Assembly (NCBI GenBank): GCA_964270895.1 | Contig: OZ185435.1 | Source: Podarcis filfolensis | Taxonomy: Eukaryota | Length of the DNA stretch: 64,000 nucleotides | Reading direction: 5' to 3' (one strand) | Shown here: one piece after another, positions 26,076 to 39,503 of the stretch | Layout: every line of letters begins with the position of its first letter | Numbering within the stretch: the first letter of the stretch is position 1 | Made by a program: the position numbers and the translations under genes | Notes under the pieces: model-generated | Database searches by the model: none | Told to the model about the DNA's origin: nothing | The model's input: the letters and a program-made list of their open reading frames with translations, nothing else

Positions 26076-29000
26076 CACATAGATTCAGCTCCTGTATCAG
26101 ACACAGCAAGCAAACAGGGGACCCCAATGTGTTATTCAGATTGTGGTTCCACAAGGTAGGTAAGATATCGTTTGGTGCAAGACAAATGTGTGATTCAGGA
26201 CATCTAAGGAAAACTGAGCTTGAATCATCTCCCTTTGACTTTCTTCTTTATTTGCACAAACACTTGGAGAGGATAAACAATCTGAACAGAAAGTCGCCTT
26301 TTTTGAGAAATCGTTTTCTATGTATTAAGTTGTATTATTTATCCATAGATTTGATATGTTTTTAACTCTTATTATATACAAGCATCTCAGTTCCAGTACA
26401 GTAGTAAGTTAAGTAGGCTTATTAATAAAGAAATAACTTATTAGTATTTATGATAAAGAAAGAGGCTGCATACACAAGGGTGCCTGTTTACACTGCAGTG
26501 CTTTATGTCTTAAATAATTATTTAATTTAATCCATAAATAATATTGCATGGTTTATTTTAATTGCACTGAACTAGGTGATGTATAATCTTCATTGGCACT
26601 CGTTAACTTTGTAATTAAATTCAACTGGAATTAAGTTAATGCCAAAAATATTAGACAATAATAGGATATAGTAGTTGCAGGTGGGGGTTCCAAACAGGAA
26701 AATGAAATGTCTTAAGTGTGTTTATTACTCTGTCACATCCAGCCTCCAAATCCTACATAACCTTATAAGCTTTTTATTAGTGCTGCCTGCTACTGAAATT
26801 GTAGGCGCATTCAGTTTTGACTCAGTTTAATTTGGACTAAGGAATTAGATCCTTCATCTTAATTCAAACTCAGCACCCAATATTGATCCTTCTGACGTGA
26901 ATAAGTAGAATGTCATTTTAAAATAGTGGACATTTTGTACAAAAATACTTTCTAAGATGATTTCTAATGTAACAGACAAATAAATAACAATATGCAAGCA
27001 GTATATTTACACACTCTGTACCCTTTAAATTCAAACCATATTTGTCAATAAATGGCAACAGCAAGATAAAGCCATTTGCTGGCAACACAATTTGCTTGCC
27101 TGCCTGTGATAACAAATCCAAACCTTCATGTGACAGCATCATCTATAAACTTGCAGTAATGTTCTTTGTTTTAATAGAGTTAGACAATACAAAAGACAGC
27201 CTAGTAGAAAGAGTGTCATTCTAGGGCTTTCGATACCCAGGCTTTCGATCTCCACTTACCCATAGGGTTCGCTGGATGACCTTGGGCCAGTCAATACTTT
27301 CAGCCTCACCTACCTCACAATGTTGCTGCAAGGAGAAAAGAAAAGAGAGAACCATTTGTACAGCGTTGAATTCATTGGAGGAGAGGCAGGATATAAAGAA
27401 AGTACATAAATTCCTATTGCCACTTATTTAGTACTGATTAATGGGGACAGCTCAGTGACTGCTAATAGAAAAATCACACTGAACCTAATTGTGGCATTTA
27501 CCACACCAAAAATGATAATGGATCTCAACTGACAATCAGAGACTAAATCAGTAAATGCACTTAGATTTTAACTAATTTAATACAAATAGATGCAATCAAA
27601 TTAAATCAAATTAAATCAAAATTCTTCAAACTGATCTTATTTAAGTTACTCGACTGAGTAACTATATCGAGTTATGGATCATATATGTATTAATCAAAAA
27701 AGGGGAGATTACATTATTTTACCAAATAAAACAGTGTGGGAAAAGGAACTGTAATTCCAAATGTAAAGTCTTAAATGCATGTTACATGAGCATGTATGTA
27801 CCTTTTAATACATTTGCATGCTTTTAAGATATTTGCTACACAAGCAAGTAGCTGTGCAGCCTCTGCACAATATCTAAACAAAAACAGTATGTGGCATGGA
27901 ATAAAGCAGCAAAACAAAGTTAATGGTTTTATATTCTGGTAACAGAAAAATTAAAAGCTACACATATTTTTTTAAAAAAACCAGTAGTTCTCAAATGCCT
28001 GTTATTATGATCACATTGTTTAATACAGTTGAGGATTGTTTTGATATCTCACCTTTATGGTTTGCTACATCTGTGTAATTTCTTCCAGCAATGTAAGTGC
28101 TCTTAATCTCCCATTTGATCTTTACAGCCTGCCTCTACTTATCCTTGTTTAATTGTAAAAATGCCACACAGATTTTGTTGATTTCAAATGAAATAAAATT
28201 GCTATCACTCCCTAAAGTGCCCTTATTCAGCATCAAAATGATGTTTGTAAGGTATACTGAAATGTAGCTTTAACATCTAGGCTGCAATTCATTAACCCAG
28301 AACACTTGGGTTTAAATTTATTTTAAACTGCTGATTGGGACAAAACAGGTTGTAATCTAATTGCACCTGTTTTGCCAATTTGTGGAATTGGTTTGCATGC
28401 TGAGACACTAGGGAGGTTGCCTTTAGTGGTACTCTAAAATGTAAGAGGTTGCTGTATTGTTGCTGAGTTAAACAGTGAGATTCTAAAACAGTTGTTAAAT
28501 CAAGCATGTGATATAATTCTCTCATAGGTCTGGATGAGGATGTGCATGAGCCTATTCATGCAACTTTTTGTGTCTCCACTTGCTTGAGGAAATCTATATA
28601 TTCATAGATTCCCTTTGTTCTGTGTATCATTAGCTGGGGAACACGGAAGGAGAAATTTAGAATAATTGCTCTCGGGGCCCAGTGCTACTGAGGCTGTCAT
28701 TGCAAGAGACCTGGCTTTGTATATTTGCAGAATGACAGATAGCCAAAGAAACGGATAGTCAAAAATATTATGACAGACAGGAATGACATTTGGGTCATTG
28801 CTGAATTTAAAATTTCCATTCTCTTCCTGTCATATTTTAAAGAAAAATGCAAAACTATAATGACAAAATATGTTAATACACATCTTGCTTCCCTTTGTTA
28901 ACAAATAAGTTGATAACTTTAGGCTGCTATCAGATATACACTTACCTGGGAGTAAGTCCCACTGAAATCAATGGGGTCTACCTCTGAGCAGATATGTGTA

Positions 29001-30896
29001 GGACTGCCCTGTTAATTAAACAGCAATAAATTTATTCCTTATGAATTCTGGTTACAGTATGTGTATTCCTTGGGTCCTTTATTTGAAGTCTTAATAACAA
29101 TATATTAATCCTATTCCTCCCTATGCACACTTATTCAAGGTTGTTTCCTTTTTTCCCATAATATCAGAGGTATCATTGAGGAAAGCAAGTAGATAGTCAA
29201 ACCATCTCTCCCCACATGTTTCAGGTCATATGTTGTGATTTCTCAGGGGTGCCTTCTCTGCCTTGCCAACTGCCTAGTTCTGTACCAGGTGTGAGGAGCA
29301 TTCGGCCTTCCAGATGTTGATGAACTACAACCCCTGCAATCCCTGCCCATTGGCCATGCTTGCTGGAGCTGATGGGAGTTGTAGTTCAGCAGTTCTGAAG
29401 GGCCCAAGGTTCCCCGGACCTGTTTTACATGCTCACAATATAGGTTGGGGCTATCATTCCTTCACCTCTACCAGCTATACAAATCACTGAACAATCTTTC
29501 AGGGTTAGGAAGCAATTCCTAACTGATCTACAAGTGGATATTGCTACATGCCAAAATGTAAGCCCCACTCACTATGCCTAAGTAAGTAGCACAAGTGTAT
29601 TCAATGTGCAAATGCAAATTAAAGCCAAGGGAGAAGGCTGTGGTATTGGTATGCTGACTTTGGTCAGTGGAAAAGAAAACTTGGATAACAGGGTTGTTTC
29701 AGCTAGGTCATTCCATTAGGTGGAGTAGGATTAGTTGCCTTAGATTTGGGATGTCATAAATGGGAAGCAAACAAAGTTATTTATTACTGTTGCCTTGGAT
29801 ACTGTGCACCTTGATGGGAGGAGAGTGCCATTCACTGCTCTCCTTCAGGCAGCAAAATGATTCTAGCCAGACCTAGAATGAGAGAAGTTGTTTTGGCGTG
29901 CAAGATGATTGTGGACACTGTGAGCACCTGTGAAGGATACTTATAAAGAGAGGCATTAGTGCTGGTGAATAGATTTTGTCACACTATATAAGGACTGGTG
30001 ATGAAGGATATTTTCAAAAGCTGTCCACAGGGACTTCTCCCTTCAAAACTAATGATTTTGAGAGAAGAATAAATACAGCCCATGGGTATCTTCTGGGTGA
30101 AGGGTTTGGCCCTCATAGCCATTTACACAGAAAAATATTAAAAGGAAGGAGCCAAGTTTTTTCCCATATCCCTTGTCCCAACATTTCCCAAGCCTGGCTC
30201 CTCCCTTCTCCTTCAGATAATTCTGGGCACCAGCTCTTGTCCTCCTTAGTTCAGGTATTAAAAATCCACTAGCAACCCATTCCTGATTTCTGGGGCTGCT
30301 GCAGTCAAAGCTCAAATGGCAGCAACAACAGATGGGTTCCTTTTCCACTTAATTCAGCTCATAACCTGCATCAATCCAATCCATAAGACATATGCACAAA
30401 ACCCCACAGTGTCCTTTTACATGTCCAGTGGGGAAACTGGTCATGTGAATCCAGCCTTACACTGTTTAATGTGTTGTGTTTCTACAGTTAGCATCTCTTT
30501 CTCCCCACCCCCCACCCCACCCTGGTCATTCAAAGTATTACTTTGCTGTAGCTCTTGTAACCTTATCAATTAGCTCAGTCCACAAGCCAGTTTAAGGCAT
30601 ACTCACCATCTTAGTTCCGTGTAAAGATGTACCTTTTTCTTCTGTTATGATGGCTTCTGTATTCTTAACCAGCTTAGTGATAGAAATTGAACAGAGGGCG
30701 TATTTGTCCTGAAACATCAAAGTGCTGTCAGCACAAAAGGTGGCAAATCTGCGAAGACTACCCCTGGCCCATTAAAAAAAAAAGTCAACTTGCTTTTCAA
30801 CTCCAATTCTGTACACACTTACACAGGAGTGAGTCCCACAGAACCTGGCACTAAGTACTTCTGAGTAGACAGGCACAAAGTTGCACAGTTAGTTGA

Positions 30897-30947
<51 letters not shown>
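30897..30947. repeat. (ATT)n microsatellite
   Basis: Direct inspection. Confidence 0.95.
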
Positions 30948-31590
30948 CAGAATTGATTCAGCCTCATTTAGACCAAAATTATTTTAAATCCAGACCTTCT
31001 GTGGGTTGTTGATCAGCTTGGTTTATTCCTGAACTTACTGTATTACAACCTCACCTGTCTGACTAGGGCATGCAAAGCCCCTGTAGAAAGTTTGGATAAA
31101 TGCAATTATAAATAGGTTTTATTGACTCAAATGCCCAAGTATCACGTCTCTGATAAATATATCCTCTACATGTAATGGGAACATGTCAAAGAAGGAAAGA
31201 AATATCAAAAAAATGTGCTTTAAATAAGATTGATTTAAACATCATTTCTGTCCTAAGGTTCTAATAAATGGCACGCAATTTGAATAAGAAAAATGGTTTG
31301 GAATATACCATCTCATGCTAAAATGAGAATTGGATCACATAACTTTTCATTCATTTCAAATTAATGGTCTTTTAAATGCAAGCCACAAATATGCTTTGAG
31401 GGATGTTCAGTGATTCATATTAACCTAATCTGAAAAAGCAATACAAATGCCATTGCAAGAAAGCACTAGACAGTGGTTTTATGAAACGTGGTTCTGGTGC
31501 CAAAAAAGCACACACAAATATAAATGTGAAATTAATTTCACACAGAAATAGGGTTGCCACTTCCTTTTTTCCTGTGCGAAACGTTGCAAC

Positions 31591-31716
31591 TGAGCATGAG
31601 ACGCTTAATCTCAGGGTCATGGTTTTGAGCCCCCCATTGGGGAAAAGATTCCTGCATTGCAGGGGACTGGACTAAATGAGCTTCGTAGTCCCAACTCTAC
31701 AATTCTATGCTCTTTG
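31591..31716 (+). mobile_element. tRNA-derived SINE with CR1-type tail
   Basis: tRNA-Lys-like anticodon arm (gagacgcttaatctc) followed by a ccaactctacaattctatg tail. Confidence 0.7.
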
Positions 31717-32493
31717 AAGCTTCTCTCATCACAGCATTTGCATGCCTGTTGATTTTGGATTTCCGTCCATGATGCACCTGCTAAATGCAAGAGTCCTGGC
31801 AGGAGGAGGGGTAGGAGCAGTCCCACCAAAACCTTCCCCCCCACCCAATGGGTTAGTAAGTCAAGGGATGAAAAAGAATTCCAGTGAGGAGAGGCAAACA
31901 CAATACAGACAAAGTTATATCAGTTTTTCATCAGCTTCTCTCAGTAAAGAAAAATATGAGCTTTTAAATCCCAATATAATGAAAGAAAAACCCAAGCTTT
32001 GCTACACTATAACTCTGTATCCAGGAAGGGTGATATATCCATGGAAGGAGGCTTGTGGAAACAGATCTCATTTCTAGATTGTGTATTTGAATGCAAAAAA
32101 GTGCTATATGAAATGCGGGGTGATCAACAATACTCACATCCAGCACCTAAGGCTGAAGACGTGGGCAGTGCCAAGGAGAAGATCAGCTATGCCAACTCTG
32201 ACAGCACTAATCTATTTGGAGTGTAGGGAACTGAATCCAGGCCTATCTGTTCTCCCTGTTGACAGCAGCAACTGTCCATTTAGTTCTGTTGCTGCAAAGA
32301 TCCTCATGTACATTAGATACATACTTCAAACTAGAAACGTAACTTGCCTTGATCCGTTAGATCAAGAGTGGGGCAAAAGATGGACAGTTAAACTATGCTT
32401 GGCAAAACAAGGCAGAATCTGTTGCTCTATCCTGCATACCTTATAACAACACCATGCAGAGGACCAGAGAACATCCCTCCTCTGAAAGATCTA

Positions 32494-32735
32494 CAGTGGT
32501 ACCTCAGGTTACATATGCTTCAGGTTACATACGCTTCAGGTTACAGACTCTGCTAACCCAGAAACAGTACCTCAGGTTAAGAACTTTGCTTCAGGATGAG
32601 AACAGAAATCGTGCTCCGGCAGCGCGGCAGCAGCGGGAGGCCCCATTAGCTAAAGTGGTGCTTCAGGTTAAGAACAGTTTCAGGTTAAGAACGGACCTCT
32701 GGAATGAATTAAGTACTTAACCCGAGGTACCACTG
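32494..32735. mobile_element. Tc1/mariner-type MITE, copy 3 (242 bp)
   Basis: Same TIR and TA TSD. Confidence 0.9.
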
Positions 32736-35484
32736 TATATGGTTGCATGGCACAACTGTGTGAGGATAGGCAGGAGTCACCTGTGAACAGTGAAGAGTTT
32801 CTCTTCCTCCAAGCAGAGGGGATAGAATGGAATCTAGGGCGCAAGAGCACAGGTACTCCCATTGCATCAGAGCTGGCAACCTTGCTCTCAGTTTGTTGAG
32901 CTCTGGCCTCAACTCAGTGGCATAGAGCCAAAGTTGGCATTTAATTGTTGGAGCCTTAAAGCTGCAGAAGTTCGGAACCAGTGCCATAAAGGCAAATCTG
33001 GCACCTCAGGAGCCCTTGAATGAGTAGCCAAGGCAGATTAAATAATGAGAAGTCAGATTTGGTATGGCCTTCACAAGGCAGAACATTTAGGAGAAAACTG
33101 AACACATTAAAAGTCTGTATCCTTCGCTGTGCATCTCCTTCACAGCAATATTTCAGCTCTGCTGGAACAAGCTGAAAGTCTGCCAACGGAGGAGGAGCTG
33201 ACTGAGGTGTCAGCACACACACACACAAATTAAACAGAGGAATTTTGGCTCCACAGAATTCAGCAAGACTTCCATTATTGCTTGCTTCACTAAAGACAGC
33301 ACTTCTGTGAAGGGCAGGAGGGAAATTCACAACTACTTGCCTCCTCATGAGTTACCAATGCAAAGAATCCAGGTTCAGTGAAATAAGATCACGGTTGTTC
33401 AAGCCTTTGGTATGTCCTCAAGAAGATCTCCATGTCAGAGAAGTGCCTGCCTTCAGTGAGCTGTCTCTTGGTAGCCTACTGAGTAGTACTAATAATATAT
33501 AATAAACACAAGGCTTGTTTATTACATAGCATTACTCAGTTTTTATAACCGCCTTTTATTGTATCTTTTATTGAACTGTTGCCTGCATAATGCTTGTTTT
33601 AGTACTGAAAACATCCCCACAAAGGTATTGTTCATAGTAAAATCATGCATTTGAAAATTTTATATAAATTTTATTCCTGGACTGCAAGGTTCCAATGCAG
33701 GTTCCTTCCACCTCCTGCATATGAAATATTTTCATAGCATTTTCGTAAAAGAAAATCATGAGGTTCAGAATAAAGGGACTCAAGAGTTTGAGGCTGCTGT
33801 TTTTATCTTGATTATTTCATCATTTATAGAGCATTGGCTGCTAGTTGCAAGTCTTAAAAGTAAGACAAGTAAACAAAAATATTTTCTTGATCTAAATCTG
33901 CTTGAACAGATTTAATGCAACCATCAGCCTGTGAACCAGATACAGCCCTTGAATATTTTATTTTTATTTTTATTATTATTATTTGCCTCCACAGAAATCT
34001 TTTCAGGTTGTAAGCGATTTCCTACTAATGTTTAAAATTCTGAAAGAGAGTGCCATCTAGCGGATTTCCCCTCCATTACTAACATACTATCATAGAAGAA
34101 GTGGAATCATTAAAAGTTCTACCTCCCTTGGAGTTTTACCGGTAAATGGTGCAGAGACTATCCTAAATGGAAAATGACTACCCCGAAGCATGCCTTACTG
34201 AGGCATCATTCTGGGGGACTAAAAATTAGGCGGGGCAGACAATGGAGAGAATTTTCAAGCAATCCTTGCACTCTGAGCTATGGCAGCTTTGCTTCAGGGG
34301 AAAACTAGTTGGGAGAGCCAGTTGGCAAATTCAAAGCAGTAAATGTTTAATGGACTCCCTCTATGATTCTGTGTACTATTTTTGATTCAGTAGCAAGATG
34401 GGATACATGTTACTAAATGGCATGCCCTGTCCCAGACACAGGCTATTAAAAGACAAGAAGAGATCGAGAAGGAATTTATGGAGATTGCAAGCTTCGTAAA
34501 TCTTCAGATGAGGGGAAACTGCAAACACCCATTCAAAGAGTGAAGCATGATCAACTTTTAAGGATGCTAAATCAGGTGTGGTGCCAGATTGAGGTATTTT
34601 AAATCAGCTACTTTCTACTTGCCTTTCAAAAAACAATGATGGGCATGTTAAGATGAGGGTATGTGTTTGGAACAGGGTTCTGACCTGATCCCTCCATGGG
34701 TGAATGGCTGCACTTGTATGAAGATGAATCATGCCATCCACAAACCATTTTAAAGTAATAACAGAATAGCCCATTCAAATGTTTAAAATCAGTTGGAATT
34801 ATGCTTGTTCTTAATTCTAACAGCACCAAGTCTCTTTTAAATAATGCTCCGAGCAGCCTACGCACAATAGTACAGAAAAAACCTAACCAATTGACATGAT
34901 ATGGAGTTGTGCATTTACAGGTACTTACAATTTTTGAAGCTACACAGACCCGTTTGTGTGTGTAGATCAAATGCCTAACTTGCATGAAACATCTGGAGCT
35001 ATGATAGTACATCCATTTCTAGTGCAACAGTCTCTTCTGATGTTATTTACTTTTACTGTATTCTGGTCCTTATTTGAAGATTAATGAAACTATTATCAGT
35101 AACCATTCTTAGCAATTCCAGAAGAACCATTGGCCTGATCCAATGGGCTCTTCTTATGTTTTTACTGTAATATCTGTCACAGCACTAATGGAAACTGCCC
35201 ACAGCAGGAAAAGATGTTAGCTTTTCATCACCTTTCAAAACAAAGTATTGAAATGAAAATTCTAAGAAACTGGAGAATGTTTTCAGTAGAGATTTAGATT
35301 CATTTTACCTGTTCTCACCATGAGTAACATTCAGAACTTACCAACTCCAGAATAGGTTTGCTGATAATTTTATTTATTTATAAAAGCATTTGCAAACAGA
35401 CATTGCATGAAAAATATAAAGGCAGTGTACAAAAATATTGCTGAGAGTTTGGGTGGGAGGGGGGTAGGCTGTATGCCTGAGTCC

Positions 35485-35642
35485 CAGTGGCGTAGCGTGG
35501 GAGGTGCAGGGGGGGCGGGCCGCACCGGGCGCAACATCTGGGGTTAGGGCAAATCCATGGGTTAGGGGGCGCAAATCCACGGGTTAGGGGGCGCAAATTA
35601 CTTGCCTTGCCCCGGGTGCTGACAACCCACGCTACGCCACTG
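35485..35642. mobile_element. hAT-type MITE (158 bp) with perfect 17-bp TIRs and 8-bp TSD
   Basis: TIR CAGTGGCGTAGCGTGGG; TSD ctgagtcc at 35477-35484 and 35643-35650. Confidence 0.9.
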
Positions 35643-35817
35643 CTGAGTCCATCCTACTTCATGGATCCCGCAATGATTCAATTGTTGGAATAACCAGGCC
35701 TGGTACCTGGCAACCTAACTATGCACTGCTATGGTAACAAAGGAAGTGGCTCTGTGTCAGAGGCCAAATGGGTGGGGGCCCCTACCTCAATGGTCTGTTA
35801 GTTAGAACGCTTCTCAG

Positions 35818-35960
35818 CAGTGCCTCTCTTTTTTTAAGGAAAAAGGATGCCAGTACTCACCATGAAGTTGTTACAGCATGTGCCACACTTTTAACATCTG
35901 AAGACAAAAAAGGCACCGGTACTGCATGCCCTTGAGTACCCCCACGGGGAAAAAGCACTG
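35818..35960. mobile_element. hAT-type MITE (143 bp) with 8-bp TSD
   Basis: Ends CAGTGC...GCACTG; TSD cttctcag at 35810-35817 and 35961-35968. Confidence 0.8.
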
Positions 35961-36425
35961 CTTCTCAGTCTCCTGATGTAGTAAACAACTTTTTCAGAAC
36001 ATCAGTCCGCCATGCTGTGAGCCTCTCCATCGTAGGCTCAGGTTGTATATATTTCTAAATAAGCCATATATCCTGAAGTCACTACAGTCTCTGCTATCCC
36101 TCATTCCAAAGAAAACCTGCGCCCCAGGTAAGCACCTGGAATCTCACACTGCTAGGAGATTGGGATGGCGTGCAACAATAAGCCCTACTAAACACAACGG
36201 CACTTACTTCTGAGTAAACCTGAATAGCATGACACTGTTGCGGTCTTCAATACTTTCAGCAAATGCTCACTACCTGTCCTCAAGGAGAAAACACTCACCT
36301 TGGGAATCAAGAAGGAAGGAAGGGAATTACAGGTTCAGTCCATGGCATCTTCAGGTAGACCCTAAGAAAGGGCTCTGTTTGAAACTCTACTGCCAGTCAG
36401 TATCAATAATACTAAGTGACCTGGG

Positions 36426-36495
36426 AAGACAGGAGTGCCTGGCGTGCTCTGGTCCATGGGGTCACGAAGAGTCGGACACGACTAAACGACTAAAC
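36426..36495 (+). mobile_element. 5'-truncated Bov-B 3' end with 12-bp TSD, inserted into a SINE remnant
   Basis: ccatggggtcacgaagagtcggacacgactaaacgactaaac; aagtgacctggg at 36414-36425 and 36496-36507. Confidence 0.88.
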
Positions 36496-37157
36496 AAGTG
36501 ACCTGGGCCAATAGTCTGACTCAGTATAAGACAACAAGGAGAGTGTTCATGCTCTCCTGAACATGACACTCAAGGGTGTGATAGAAGGCACAGAGCTCTG
36601 GGCTCGAGGGAGCAGAATCGAGGGAGGAAGCTTCCAAGAGTGACTATGCTGCCTTTAAACTGCTTTTTATTTGAGCAGGGGTGCTCCTTGCTGCAAGTGC
36701 TCACATCCATATTTGGCACCAGTTGTACATCTCTGAAGAGACACTTCTACAAGATGCTCCCCCACCCCTTTCTGCCAGCTGTCTAACTTCTGATCAAGGC
36801 CCCTGAAGATGAGCTCATTACTTGGGCAGGTTTGTTTGGGAGTAAGCTTCTGAAAACTGGATTTCAAGCCATTATGCAGGGTGGGGGGGAGGGACCCCCC
36901 CTACGTTCTCTAAAATAATAACATTCAACTTCCACTCTAAAAGTTCTCCTAAATCTGTGCCATGGCCACCATCCCTTACTCCCTCTAGACACTTAAGAAT
37001 TAGCTCTTATATTAAGCAAATATACCAACATTTGTTTGTTTCAGTATTATGGACAAGGTTACCTAGTTACTTCAACATAGTAATACGGGTTGCCCCTTTT
37101 CTTTCCATCCCAGTTAAGCCTTAACCAATGAGGTCACTGCTAGAAGCCTTTTCTATC

Positions 37158-37348
37158 AGACATAGAAACACAAAAGCTGCCTTACGCTGAGACAGACAAC
37201 TGGTCTATCCAGCTCAATATTGTCTACACTGACAGGCAGCAGCTCTTCAGGGTTTCAGGCAGGAGTGCCTCCCAACCCTACTTGAGAGATGCTGGGAACT
37301 GAATCTGGGGCCTTCTGCAAGCAAGGTCTGCACTTGAGCTATGGCCCT
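37158..37348 (-). mobile_element. tRNA-derived SINE of a second family (related pieces at about 24139-24275, 36375-36535, 54645-54770)
   Basis: Shared aagctgcctt...ctcaatattgtctacactgac.ggcagc.gctc core across the copies. Confidence 0.65.
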
Positions 37349-37697
37349 TCTTTTACCATTGAGCTAGGTCCTTTACTGATTTATTTAAGTGCAACTGTAT
37401 TTTTACTCCTTCCTGTCCTGCTCAACGACAACTCCTGAACTTGCTTTGCTGGCCAGTGCTCAGCTAGATATATCCACCAATTAAAATATCCTGACTCTCA
37501 GTCCCTCTTTTGTGTACTGAAAATTCTACCACTGTCCTGTTACAGCTTATCACTGAACCAGAGTGGAGACTTTCAACATCATCATCACCCCCCATACATT
37601 ATATTATGCTATACAGTATTTCATTATATTATAATTTCATTACATACATTACAACCTCATTAATATAATCAGGTTTTCTTCACATGGGGCTTCAAAG

Positions 37698-37830
37698 CAG
37701 GGGTGCCAACTTGAATAAAATCTTGTGAGAGCCCAGGTAAGCCCCGCCCTACATAATCAATCACATGACGCAGTGCACATACACCATTTGAATGGGAATG
37801 CCTATCAATTTTGTGGGGGCCCACAAAACA
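37698..37830. mobile_element. Probable hAT-type MITE remnant just downstream of the B7-H6-like stop
   Basis: Starts CAGGGGTGCCAAC, resembling hAT termini; right end not resolved. Confidence 0.45.
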
Positions 37831-37946
37831 GGATCGACAGGACCCACACACCTCATGGAAGCAAGCAGGGGATGTATGAAAGCAGCCTGCAGTAGATTTT
37901 TCCTGTGGTTCTTTTTGTATATTCATTGTCTTTATACAATGATTTC

Positions 37947-38263
37947 TCAAAGTTCTAAATCAAAGGTTTTATCCAAGGTTTCATCATTTGCAACTACATA
38001 AACTTCACATTTGATTTCATATTTTTTCTTATCTTTTTCGGTTGTAATGATCACATACGAAATAAAACCAGATCCATCGCCACAATTTTCATTCTGTATT
38101 TCATCATCAACTGGATATACTCCGTTAAACCAGCAAACAATGGCATCCTCTGCTCTTATTCCAGGTACAAAACAGCGAAGAGTCACCTCGCCTGTCTTTG
38201 GGTTGCTGGTGACACATTCTATCTTCATAGGCTGAGCTGGTTCTTCAACGGGGGGCTTAGAAT
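37947..38263 (-). CDS. NCR3LG1: B7-H6-like exon 9: terminal post-TM Ig C1-like domain 5 and stop
   Basis: ctctctctag| acceptor, phase 1; VTLRCFVPG...IVCWF...IKCEVYV...LDKTFDLEL-TGA. The summed CDS of 2553 nt is in frame (850 aa plus stop). Confidence 0.8.
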
Positions 38264-39369
38264 CTAGAGAGAGGGAATAGGAAATTGAATAGGAAACTGC
38301 TCTTGAAGTACATACCTGGAAGAGGCATCTCGCTAACATTAAGCATCCCTGATTGTGATGTTCAGTTTCCAATCCTTTGCATATTTTCCTCAAGTCAGAT
38401 AATTTGAACTTTCTGTTCACATTGCATTATGTCTGTTCCCTACCCAGCCACTGCTTAGTGCTGTGAATGGAAGCTACAGTCAAGACATTGGCAATTAAGG
38501 ATTAAAAAGGAATAGCAAGGCACTGGGGAACTAGAGTGGTTGTAAGAATGACTGACAGCAGTGGAGTGTAATGGATTGCTGGCTGGAGTCAAAGTAAGTG
38601 ACAGCTGTTGAGAATCTGTTGAGGATGGAAGATAAAGAACTGAACCAGGACAGGAGAGTGAGGGAAAATGAGATGGAGAGAATAAACACCTAGGTAAAAG
38701 GATAGCTGGAAAGAGGGCAGTTATGCCAAGTCAGGATATTAAAACTCTTACTATTTGGGATGTCAGGTCCCTAAATAAATACAAGGTTACAGTTTTATCT
38801 TCAAGCCCCAATATGTAGTTTTGTCTGGATGGACTTTTGTTCAGTTAAGCATATATGAATGTCTTTCATATGTCTTCAGTATCTTTTATAGGTTGCTAGA
38901 GACACAGTTATTAAGATATTAATGTTGGCATATAAATTCATAAACTACTTGTTTTAAAACTAATGTTTCACATAGTTGTTTTGTCAAACCTGTTATTGTT
39001 TTATGATTTTTATGATTTTTAAAAACTATCCAGTGGTATATAAATATATTGTCATACATTAAGCAGAATAGGAATGGCGTAAATAGAAGCATGACATGAG
39101 GAACTCCTCTGCACCCTTTCCTGTTTCCTTGTGCATTTCAGAGGGCTGAGAGGAGTGGTCACTGTGGCCACAAATAGTGGCAGGCTTTTATGCCAAAAGA
39201 AAGTTTGCAGATCCCTGCGTACAAGTTTTACAGAATGCACTAAGTTGATCTTTCAGATCATCCCTTATGAAAATAATGTGCACGTTTAGAGTAACTTAAT
39301 GGTCTGGTTGAGATGTAATGATCTCACTTTAATAAATAATGGTTTATAAGGCAGAGTAAAGGTTGTCCA

Positions 39370-39503
39370 TGGTTGGACAGTGTTCTCGAAGCCACAAACA
39401 TGAGTCTGACCAAACTGCGGGAGGCAGTGGAAGATAGGAGTGCCTGGCGTGCTCTGGTCCATGGGGTCACGAAGAGTCGGACACGACTAAACGACTAAAC
39501 AAC
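39370..39503 (+). mobile_element. 5'-truncated Bov-B 3' end
   Basis: Same 3' sequence as the 36.4 kb copy; imperfect TSD aaaggttgtcca / aaagattgtcca. Confidence 0.85.

Noticed and set aside
31591-31650. tRNA-Lys gene
   Set aside because: Only a degenerate partial cloverleaf fused to a CR1-type tail, i.e. a SINE head.
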